From an uncultured Actinomycetota bacterium (GTDB taxonomy: Bacteria > Actinomycetota > Nitriliruptoria > Nitriliruptorales > Nitriliruptoraceae), in contig CAZSQF010000001.1 in assembly GCA_964608935.1 (NCBI GenBank), forward strand, positions 1 to 53,638: a DNA stretch of 53,638 nucleotides. Direction: 5' to 3'. The notes beneath the pieces are model-generated. The model was not told where the DNA came from. It saw only the letters and a program-made list of their open reading frames with translations, and ran no database searches. Below, in pieces: positions 8,179 through 16,142 of this stretch; the stretch's first letter is position 1; each line of letters starts with the position of its first letter. Made by a program: the position numbers and the translations under genes.

Positions 8179-9477
8179 ATGCAGGACGATCTGCTGGAGC
8201 GGCTCGAGCGGCGCGACGCGCGGGTGGTCGTGCTCGGACAGGGCTACGTCGGGCTGGTCGTGGCGATGCGCGCCTCGGAGGCCGGCTTCGACGTGGTGGG
8301 GTTCGAGGTCGATGACGACCGGCTCGCCTCGCTCCAGGCCGGCCGTTCCTTCGTCGAGGACGTGCCGGACGAGGTGTTGCAGGCGGCCCTGGACCGTGGC
8401 TATCGGCCGACCGCGGACACGGCCGGGCTGGCCGGGTTCGACGTCGCCGTCATCTCAGTGCCGACCCCGCTGGCCGACGGGGCACCCGACCTGTCGTACA
8501 TCGAGACGGCGGGCCGGCTCGTCGGCGACCACCTCACGCCCGGTTCCCTGGTGGTGCTCGAATCGACCACCTACCCGGGCACGACCGAGGAGCTGCTCGG
8601 CCCGCTGCTCGAGGATGCGTCCGGGTTGACCGCCGGCACCGACTTCCTGCTCGGCTACTCCCCCGAGCGCATCGACCCCGGCAACCCCGCCTTCGGGCTG
8701 CACAACACCCCCAAGGTCGTCGCCGGCATCGACGCGCCGTCGACCGCGGCGGTGGAGGCGTTCTTCAAGGCGTTCGTGGAGAAGACGGTCGCGGTGCCCG
8801 GCTGCGGCGAGGCCGAGCTGAGCAAGATCATCGAGAACACCTTCCGGCACGTGAACATCGCCCTGGTCAACGAGGTCGCGATGTTCGCGCACGACCTCGG
8901 CATCGACGTCAACGCCGCGATCGACGCGGCCGCGACCAAGCCGTTCGGGTTCATGCCGTTCCGGCCCGGCCCGGGGGTGGGTGGCCACTGCCTCCCGATC
9001 GACCCGAGCTACCTGTCGTGGCGGGTGAAGACCTCGCTCGGGGAGAACTTCCGCTTCATCGAGCTCGCCAACGACATCAACCAGCACATGCCCCATTACG
9101 TGGTGCGCCGGATCACCGCGTCGCTCAACCTGGACCGCAAGGCCGTCAACGGCTCGCGCATCGTCGTGCTCGGGGTGTCGTACAAGCCCAACGTCGGCGA
9201 CACCCGCGAGACCCCGGTCACCCCGATCATCCGGCAGCTGCGCGCCCTCGGGGCCGAGGTGACCGCGGTCGATCCCTATGTCACCGGCCACGACGAGTTC
9301 GCCGGCGCGCCGTTGCGGAACGACGCCGACCACGACCTGTTGACCGGCTGCGACCTGGCGGTGGTGCTCACCGACCACGACAGCCTGGACTACGACCGGG
9401 TCGTCAAGCTCGCGCCCCGCGTCCTGGACACCCGCAACCGGATCGTCGCCGACCACGACCACGTCGAACGGCTGTGA
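8179..9477 (+). CDS. Nucleotide-sugar dehydrogenase (UDP-N-acetylhexosamine dehydrogenase type, WbpA/TviB/WecC-like)
   Basis: Rossmann motif VVVLGQGYVGLV, catalytic-Cys motif GVGGHCLPIDP, and C-terminal VLGVSYKPNVGDTRETP. Confidence 0.9.
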   Translation: MQDDLLERLERRDARVVVLGQGYVGLVVAMRASEAGFDVVGFEVDDDRLASLQAGRSFVEDVPDEVLQAALDRGYRPTADTAGLAGFDVAVISVPTPLADGAPDLSYIETAGRLVGDHLTPGSLVVLESTTYPGTTEELLGPLLEDASGLTAGTDFLLGYSPERIDPGNPAFGLHNTPKVVAGIDAPSTAAVEAFFKAFVEKTVAVPGCGEAELSKIIENTFRHVNIALVNEVAMFAHDLGIDVNAAIDAAATKPFGFMPFRPGPGVGGHCLPIDPSYLSWRVKTSLGENFRFIELANDINQHMPHYVVRRITASLNLDRKAVNGSRIVVLGVSYKPNVGDTRETPVTPIIRQLRALGAEVTAVDPYVTGHDEFAGAPLRNDADHDLLTGCDLAVVLTDHDSLDYDRVVKLAPRVLDTRNRIVADHDHVERL

Positions 9478-9534
9478 CCCGTTCGGCTGGCGCAGCGCAG
9501 CAAGGACCGACCGGAGTCGACAAGGCACGATGCC

Positions 9535-11238
9535 TCATGGGCACGGGACGCCGACGGCGATGTGCCGGTTGACTGGCACGTCGAGCAGGACGACTGATCC
9601 ATGTCCTGGGACCTCGACACGGACGTCCACCGTGGCCACGTCGCCGAGACCGAGGTGGGCGACTGGTGGCCCGCCGGCGGCGTAGCCGACGGAGGCAGTG
9701 ACCTCCCGAGCACCGATCAGCGCGTCGGAGTCGTCGAGGCCCCCGGACTCGAACACCTCGACGCGCGCGCCGAAGCCGTCGGGTGGGACCTGCACCTGCA
9801 GCCAGCCGGCGGCGGGGCTCTCGTTCACCAACAGCAGGGTCGGCTTCTCCGGATACCACTCCACGACCACGACGTCGAGCCGCCCGTCGCGGGTCAGGTC
9901 GGCGGCCCCCCCGGTCACCCAGTACTGCGCGTCGCCCAGACCCTCTGGCGGGGAAAAGCGCGGCACACCGTCGCGCAAGCCCTCATGGCGAAAAACTCCC
10001 GGGGTGGTCCCACGGGCCGCTGATGCACTCACGAGGAGGTCGGGCCACCCATCGTTGTCGAGGTCGGCGATCTCGACGTGCGGCGCCTTCGTGGCGAGGC
10101 CGGGCAGCCCCGCCTCGTCGGTGACATCCCGGAAAACCGGGTCGCCGCCGCCATCCAAGCCGTCGTTCAGGTAGACGCGCACGGGCACCTGTGCATCGAA
10201 GTCGAGGGTGCTGTTGTAGTGCTGTCCGAGGACGATGTCGGCACGTCCGTTGCGGGTGAGATCAGCGATCGCAACACCGGCCACGTCATCCTCGTCGCCG
10301 TGCACCTCCCACGAGAACACGCTGGAATCGGCCTCACGGAACGTGCCGTCTCCCTGATTGATGAACAGTCGGTTCGACCCGGCGACGAATATGTCCTGAT
10401 CGCCGGAACCGGTCAGGTCTGCCACGCCGACGCCCAGCCCGTGGATGTCGGCAGGAAGTCCCGCACTGGAGGTCACGTCGCTGAACGACATCTCGCCTTC
10501 GTTGCGCAGGAGCACACTCGAGCCGCCCGACCAGCGGTCCTCGACGACGAACAGGTCCAGCCGGCCGTCCCGATCGAGATCGAGGACACCGACCGCCCGC
10601 GCTCCACGGTCAGGCAACAGCGTGCCCGCCTCGCTGAACGATTCACCGTCGTTGGCGTAGACCACCGTCGGTCCGGCCTGGCGCTGCCCATCGCGCGGGT
10701 TGCGGGCCGCGACCAGGTCGAGGTGGCCGTTGCCGTCGAGGTCCGCGAGCACCGCCCCACTCGTTCGGGCGTGGGTGCCGGGGAATCCGTCGTGGACGGC
10801 GAAGCCGGCGGGACCGCCGCGAAGGAGCCGGTCGGGAGCCGGCCCGGTGGCTCCCCGGACCGCGTACTGCTCCTCCGGGCGATCAGCGAAGGTTCCCACG
10901 AACATGTCGAGCCAACCGTCACCGGTCACATCCCCGACGGCGAACGCGTGACCGTGCATGCCGGCGAGCGGTTCAAGGAGTCCTCGTTCGGCGGTTCGGT
11001 CGGTGAGCACGATCTCCCCACCGGATCCGTGGGCTTCCGCGCTCCAGCAGGCCGTCACACTGAGCGATCCGTTCCCCTCCATCTCCTCCGAGGACTCCGG
11101 GGCGAGCGGCGCCGGATCGTCGACCTGTGGGTGATCGACCCCATGATCCTCCAAGTCATCTCCGTCCGGGCCGGGGGTGACGCACGAGGCGACGACGAGG
11201 CCGACGACGACTCCCATCGTCGCGGGACCAGTTCTCAT
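9535..11238 (-). CDS. CRTAC1-family FG-GAP/VCBS repeat lipoprotein with a UnbV/ASPIC-like C-terminus
   Basis: Lipobox VVGLVVASC. Six Ca-binding-type loops (DLDGNGHLDL, DLDRDGRLDL, DLTGSGDQDI, DLTRNGRADI, DLDNDGWPDL, DLTRDGRLDV). The C-terminal GLGD...VDVRVEVPG is ASPIC-like. Confidence 0.8.
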   Translation of the reverse strand: MRTGPATMGVVVGLVVASCVTPGPDGDDLEDHGVDHPQVDDPAPLAPESSEEMEGNGSLSVTACWSAEAHGSGGEIVLTDRTAERGLLEPLAGMHGHAFAVGDVTGDGWLDMFVGTFADRPEEQYAVRGATGPAPDRLLRGGPAGFAVHDGFPGTHARTSGAVLADLDGNGHLDLVAARNPRDGQRQAGPTVVYANDGESFSEAGTLLPDRGARAVGVLDLDRDGRLDLFVVEDRWSGGSSVLLRNEGEMSFSDVTSSAGLPADIHGLGVGVADLTGSGDQDIFVAGSNRLFINQGDGTFREADSSVFSWEVHGDEDDVAGVAIADLTRNGRADIVLGQHYNSTLDFDAQVPVRVYLNDGLDGGGDPVFRDVTDEAGLPGLATKAPHVEIADLDNDGWPDLLVSASAARGTTPGVFRHEGLRDGVPRFSPPEGLGDAQYWVTGGAADLTRDGRLDVVVVEWYPEKPTLLLVNESPAAGWLQVQVPPDGFGARVEVFESGGLDDSDALIGAREVTASVGYAAGGPPVAHLGLGDVATVDVRVEVPGHGSVVLLDVPVNRHIAVGVPCP

Positions 11239-12665
11239 GGCAGATGCACCACGACGAGCACGACCTCGCCGAAGGATGCCTCGCCGGCATCGCCGGCGTT
11301 CATACCGATGTAGACGAGGTCTCGATCGGAGTCCACAGCGACCGCGTACGTCCCGCCGAGCCGCAGACCGAAAGCCTCCACGCCGAGCTCGTGCAGTTCC
11401 ACCAGCACGTCGTCCTCTCCAGTGTCACCGTCGACGACGACGAGCGGTGTTCCCTGCTGCCAGCCGTCACCGTGCGCACCCGGGACATAGAGGAACCGCT
11501 CTCCGTCGGGGTGCAATGCCATGGACGCCACGTAGCCGCGGGCCGGGCCGAGATCCCGCACGTTGCCGTCCGGCTCCACCGCGAACAGCTGGTCGGGGTC
11601 GCGGGTCACGCCATAGACGGTCCCGTCCGCAGCAGGGTGGGTCGACGCCCTCAGCCAGTCACCGGGGAGGCTGACGTCTGCCCGCTCGAGCCCGTCGCTG
11701 CCAGGCCGGTAGGCAGCCAACTGACCGCCCCCAACCGCAACGTGAGCCACGCCCGCGGCGTCGACCAGCACGTTGCGGTAGCCAGTGTGCCCGTCCGCGG
11801 CCTCATCAAGCACCACGTCACCGGTCAGGACATCGAACACGAAGAAGCGTCCCGTATCGGACTCTGGCTCCACCGCCTCGCCGTAGAGCAGGCCACCCTG
11901 CGGCCAGCCTGCGAGGGACGGGATACCGTGCCGGGGAACCGGCACGGTCACCGGCTCGATGGTGTAGCTGGCCGGATCGAGCCGCAGCAGCAGATCCCCT
12001 TCGTAGCCGTCCCCGAACTCGAGTCCGCGGCGGCTGCCCCAGTAGGTCGCGGCCCACACCTCGCCGCACGGGCCGGCCACGAGCTGACCGTGCACCTTCC
12101 CGTACCCCCACGCGCCGTCCTGGTGGTCGACCACGGACAACACGTCGCCGAACCGGGTCAGTGTGGACGTGTCAGGGTCGTAGGAGAAGAAGTAGCTGTT
12201 GCCGTCGGCGCCGCGATGGTCCCCAATCGCCGACCAGAAACGTCCGTCGTCGAGCACGAGGCCCTGGCCCCACTGCGACCACGGTCGCCCTTCGTGGTCC
12301 GGCCGCGGGTAGACCACGGCCTCGACCCGCAGGCCGTCGTCGCGTTCAGTGAGAAGCGTGACAGGCGCGGATGCTCCCTCGGGAGCGCCGACGCGACCGG
12401 TCGGTGGACATCCCGTTGGCCGGGTCGATCCCTGCTCGGCCGCCTCCGAATCGGGAGCTTCGCCCGGTGGCCCTAGCTCATCGTCGGGGTTGACCTCCGG
12501 CTCATGAGCATCATCCGGGACCGAGTCCGGACCCGTAACGGTGCCGCCCTCGCCGCCCACCACACACCCGGCCAGGGCGATCGTGAACCCCACAACCACG
12601 CCAGCGCCCCACCGGGGCGGCTCGCAGCGTCGCCGCTGGTGCTCGCGGCGCGGGGCTGACCGCAT
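11235..12665 (-). CDS. Lipoprotein of unknown function (probable beta-propeller)
   Basis: Lipobox FTIALAGC. Coding-like composition throughout. An ATGA overlap at 11235-11238 joins it to the downstream CRTAC1-like gene. Confidence 0.6.
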   Translation of the reverse strand: MRSAPRREHQRRRCEPPRWGAGVVVGFTIALAGCVVGGEGGTVTGPDSVPDDAHEPEVNPDDELGPPGEAPDSEAAEQGSTRPTGCPPTGRVGAPEGASAPVTLLTERDDGLRVEAVVYPRPDHEGRPWSQWGQGLVLDDGRFWSAIGDHRGADGNSYFFSYDPDTSTLTRFGDVLSVVDHQDGAWGYGKVHGQLVAGPCGEVWAATYWGSRRGLEFGDGYEGDLLLRLDPASYTIEPVTVPVPRHGIPSLAGWPQGGLLYGEAVEPESDTGRFFVFDVLTGDVVLDEAADGHTGYRNVLVDAAGVAHVAVGGGQLAAYRPGSDGLERADVSLPGDWLRASTHPAADGTVYGVTRDPDQLFAVEPDGNVRDLGPARGYVASMALHPDGERFLYVPGAHGDGWQQGTPLVVVDGDTGEDDVLVELHELGVEAFGLRLGGTYAVAVDSDRDLVYIGMNAGDAGEASFGEVVLVVVHLP

Positions 12666-12689
12666 GCCTGCCTCGCTCGACTAGCCGGA

Positions 12690-13649
12690 TCAGAACAGCT
12701 CGACGTCGCCCATCGTCAGCGCCCAGCGATCGAGGGCCGGCATCTCGGACTGGTTCACGTCGCGCCAGGTGAGAATGGGCCCCGCCCCGGGCACCGGGAG
12801 GTAGCCAGCGCCGAAGTGAGGGCGACCGGTGATCTGGAGCACCTGGTCGGCCCGGCTGAGCCGAGCCACCCTCCGCAGAACCCGAGTTGCCGTCGGCCGA
12901 TCGTGGGCGAGCAGATGACCGACGACGCACTCCGTGGCCGAACCCCGGCGCCGGAGACGGAACAACGCGAGCCCACCGGACTCCCAGACGCCGCGGTAAT
13001 GCAGCGCCCCGAACCCGTACCTCCAGCGCAGCACGTCGAGATCGAGATCGGTGCGGATCCGATCATCTGGCAGGGATTCCAAGAGCGGCTCCAGTGCATC
13101 CACGTCGGCGAGCGCGTCGAGCGCCGGCTGCCCGGCGTCGGTGGGCAGCGACCACTTGTCGGCAGGCACACGGGCACGAACAGCGCCGATCGCGGCAGCC
13201 GGGGACCGGAACCTGACCGCCACCGGCAGCTTGCCGACCTGCCGCCACCCCATCTTGAGGTAGCCCGGGCGCGACTGCTCGTTCGGGGTGTTGAACACGT
13301 GCGCCACCCCTTGGTCGCGCAACACGTCGAGCGACGAGGTGGTCAACCGACGGAAGATCCCCCTCCCCTGGTAGTCGGGGTGGGTCGCGGTGTCGACCGC
13401 GCGCACAGCCTCCCACCGGCGGCCGCGCTCGACGAAGCGCCAGCGCAGCCACACCCGCAGACCGACGATCCGTGCGTCGTCGAGCGCCACCCACGCCGGG
13501 GAGCGCCCGAAGGGGTTGTCGTGGTGCTTCCAGCGGTAGAAGGCGGCGTACTGCTCGTCGGGCACCCAGCCCAGCGACGACGCCAACAGTTCGAGGACCC
13601 TGGTGAGATCGCGATCGGTCGCTTCGCGGACCTGCAGGTCAGCGCTCAT
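12690..13649 (-). CDS. GNAT family N-acetyltransferase (two-domain)
   Basis: Starts MSADLQVREATDRDL. Acetyl-CoA motif HPDYQGRGIFRRL. The start lies 1 nt after the upstream gene's stop. Confidence 0.75.
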   Translation of the reverse strand: MSADLQVREATDRDLTRVLELLASSLGWVPDEQYAAFYRWKHHDNPFGRSPAWVALDDARIVGLRVWLRWRFVERGRRWEAVRAVDTATHPDYQGRGIFRRLTTSSLDVLRDQGVAHVFNTPNEQSRPGYLKMGWRQVGKLPVAVRFRSPAAAIGAVRARVPADKWSLPTDAGQPALDALADVDALEPLLESLPDDRIRTDLDLDVLRWRYGFGALHYRGVWESGGLALFRLRRRGSATECVVGHLLAHDRPTATRVLRRVARLSRADQVLQITGRPHFGAGYLPVPGAGPILTWRDVNQSEMPALDRWALTMGDVELF

Positions 13650-13650
13650 C

Positions 13651-14322
13651 TCATGCCTGCTCACCCTCGTCGGCATCCGCAGCAGCGTCCGGCTCACCGT
13701 CACTGCCCATGAACCGCACGGTGGTGGCATGGCCGCTGAGCGATACCCCACGACGGGTCAGTGTCACCCACAGGGTGCGCAGCAGGATGCGGACGTCGAG
13801 CCACAAACCGTGATTATCCACGTACCAAACGTCCATAGCGAGCTTGTCCTCCCACGTCATGTCGTTACGCCCGTTGATCTGCGACCACCCCGTGATGCCC
13901 GGCCGCACCTCGTGACGTCGGGCCTGGTGGGGGCTGTAGCGGGGTAGGTACTCGATGAGCAGCGGCCTCGGCCCGACCAGCGACATGTCGCCTCTCAGCA
14001 CGTTCCAGAGCTCAGGGAGTTCATCGAGTGACGTGGACCGCAGCCACCGGCCGAAGTCGGTCAGCCGCTGGTCGTCTGGGAGCAGCTCACCGTTCGGGCC
14101 ACGTTCGTCCGTCATCGTGCGGAACTTGTAGAGCGTGAAGGTCTCGCCACTGAGCCCCGGCCGCTGCTGGCGGAACAGCACAGGGGCGCCAATCTCACGG
14201 CGTACCCGCCACGCGACGACCAGCAACACCGGGCTGAGCACCACGAGCGCAATGGTCGCCCCGAGCACGTCGATTGCCCGCTTCAGACCGCGCTGACCCC
14301 GGCCGACGCGACGCGAGCTCAT
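13651..14322 (-). CDS. Small monotopic phosphoglycosyl transferase (bacterial sugar transferase, PglC/WecP-like initiating enzyme)
   Basis: KRAIDVLGATIALVVLSPVLLV, LYKFRTM and DELPELWNVLRGDMSLVGPRP. The ATG at 14320-14322 shares one base with the upstream stop (TGATG). An alternative start is 14340. Confidence 0.9.
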   Translation of the reverse strand: MSSRRVGRGQRGLKRAIDVLGATIALVVLSPVLLVVAWRVRREIGAPVLFRQQRPGLSGETFTLYKFRTMTDERGPNGELLPDDQRLTDFGRWLRSTSLDELPELWNVLRGDMSLVGPRPLLIEYLPRYSPHQARRHEVRPGITGWSQINGRNDMTWEDKLAMDVWYVDNHGLWLDVRILLRTLWVTLTRRGVSLSGHATTVRFMGSDGEPDAAADADEGEQA

Positions 14323-14954
14323 CAACGCTTCGGCGGACACGGCCGGGCCGGGACACCCACGACCGTCGTGGCCGGACTGACATCACGGATAACGACTGCA
14401 CCGGCACCGACGACCGCCCGCGCACCGATCTCCACCCCTTGGATCACAGACGCCCCGATACCGAGGTCCGCCTCGGCGCCGATCACCACTGCTCCCGCCA
14501 GCCGCACACCGGGTGAAACGAACGCGGCGTCTCCGATCCGGGTGTCGTGGCCGACCATGGCACCGTAGTTCAGGATCACGGCCCGCCCCACCTCGACGTC
14601 GCACGTCAGCAGGACCCCAGGGCAGACGATCGACCCCGGGCCGATCGTGACGCGTGGCCCCACCATGGCGCTCGGATGCACGACGGTCGCGAGCCGGACG
14701 TCGGCGGCGTCGAGTTCGCTCGCTAGCGCCCCCCGGCGCTGCGGTGAGCCGATCGCCAGCACAGCCTCGACGTCAGGGTGCTCGTGCAGCCACGAGACTC
14801 CACCCACGACGTGGTATCCGGCCACCTCTGTGCCGTGCAGAGTGGGGTCGTCGTCAACGAAGCCAACCAGGCTCGAGCCGCGACCCGCATCCGCGAGCCA
14901 CGCGGCCGCCTCGCGCCCCATCCCTCCGGCTCCGACGACGACTAGCGTTGCCAC
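14322..14954 (-). CDS. Sugar N-acetyltransferase, PglD/NeuD family (Rossmann-like N-domain plus left-handed beta-helix)
   Basis: GTG at 14952-14954 gives VATLVVVGAGGMGREAAAWL. Hexapeptide repeats follow (IGPGSIVCPGVLL..., IGDAAFVSPGVRLAGAVVIG...). Confidence 0.85.
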   Translation of the reverse strand: MATLVVVGAGGMGREAAAWLADAGRGSSLVGFVDDDPTLHGTEVAGYHVVGGVSWLHEHPDVEAVLAIGSPQRRGALASELDAADVRLATVVHPSAMVGPRVTIGPGSIVCPGVLLTCDVEVGRAVILNYGAMVGHDTRIGDAAFVSPGVRLAGAVVIGAEADLGIGASVIQGVEIGARAVVGAGAVVIRDVSPATTVVGVPARPCPPKR

Positions 14955-15047
14955 ACGCCTCGAACTCCTCGGTATACGGATGCCACACGGTAGTCGCCGG
15001 AACACGGGTTCTGCGCTTGCGAGCAGCGCAAGCACCTCCTCTACCGG

Positions 15048-15245
15048 TAAGGCCCGTTCAAGCTGGCGGTGGCCGAACCGCGCCCGCTGCGCCACACCCC
15101 GCTCCATGCTGCCGGGCGGATCGTGCGCCGCTCGCGGCAGACCTGGCTCAAGCTGCCCGACAACTGGCCCTGGACGGCGCAGCTACTCGCCGCCTACAAG
15201 CGGCTCGCCGACGTCGCCCCGCACCCGGGCCCAACCGCATCCACC
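15048..15245 (+). mobile_element. Remnant of a transposase C-terminus (IS1380-family-like tail)
   Basis: Hand translation gives ...EPRPLRHTPLHAAGRIVRRSRQTWLKLPDNWPWTAQLLAAYKRLADV. This matches the conserved LRxxLLxxAGRxxxxxRRxxLxLxxxWPW...RL tail I recall for IS1380-type transposases. A stop lies immediately upstream (15045-15047) and there is no DDE core. Confidence 0.45.
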
Positions 15246-15539
15246 CCGACATCAACGGCGATCGACAAGTCCGGCCAGCTCACTTCAGGGCCCATTGAAG
15301 GATCGGGGGTAGAGGGGCGCTCGAGCGTCCCGCGCGACACCGACGTCCGGGTCCGGGTGCGACGTGAGCCCGGCATCCTTGGATCCTGACGAGGTGTTGA
15401 TCCGCGGTCTCACGGCAGATCGCCGGGTCCGGCATCCGTGGCTCCGTCGTCTGCAGGTGCGGCGCCGCGGGGATCGGGACCGGCCGTCCGTTACGTTCTC
15501 GGCGCGGCCAGTTGTAGGCGAGCAACTCGAACAGGAACG

Positions 15540-15959
15540 GCAGTAGCTGGCACCGATGTGCGTGTCGTAATGGTTCACATAGGTGATTGGGGGGGCATCC
15601 TCGAACGCCGAGTCGATCGTCAGCATGTCCGAAGGGGCTGCACCGGCCTGCTGCATGATCCGGGCCGGAACCTGGAACAGATGCTCCGTACGCCAGCGGC
15701 GCGCACTCAAATAGCCCGAGGGTGTCGTCTGCATCTCTATTGACGGATTCCACGCGACGGCGATCTCGTCGATGTTGCGGAGGCTCAGACCCGCCTCCTC
15801 CACAGTGCGCGCAACCGCCATGGACGGGAAGACGCGGCTGAGCTTCCTCCGGTCCAGCCGCTCCTCGGCCACCGCCGAGACGACACGCCCGTCCTCGATG
15901 ACCGCCGCCGAGCAGATCCACACGTCATGGCAGATCCCGAGGATGCGCATCAGCCCCAC
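15540..15959 (-). pseudogene. Carbamoyltransferase (NodU/CmcH family), N-terminal fragment only
   Basis: MRILGICHDVWICSAAVIEDGRVVSAVAEERLDRRKLSRVFP...YVNHYDTHIGASY matches roughly the first 140 residues of a family that is normally about 570 aa. After about 15540 the frame becomes Arg/Ser-rich nonsense. Confidence 0.6.
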
Positions 15960-16142
15960 TCCGATCGATCAGGCCCCACCAAGAATCGCTCATTGCGCCA
16001 CGTGATAGCAGTTCAGCCAGACGGTCTGGGCTTCATGCGGGTCATCTCAGACGTCATCAGTTCGACATCGATGCCTGGCGCGGCCGTTGTCCAAATCGTC
16101 GGCACCACCTACCCTCGATGGAGGATGGGTACTGCGCTCGGG

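Noticed and set aside
15015-15033. 7-bp stem hairpin (gcttgcg agcag cgcaagc) upstream of the PglD-like gene
   Set aside because: It is short, has no T-tract and lies within the presumed IS-scar region. That is not enough to call a terminator or operator.
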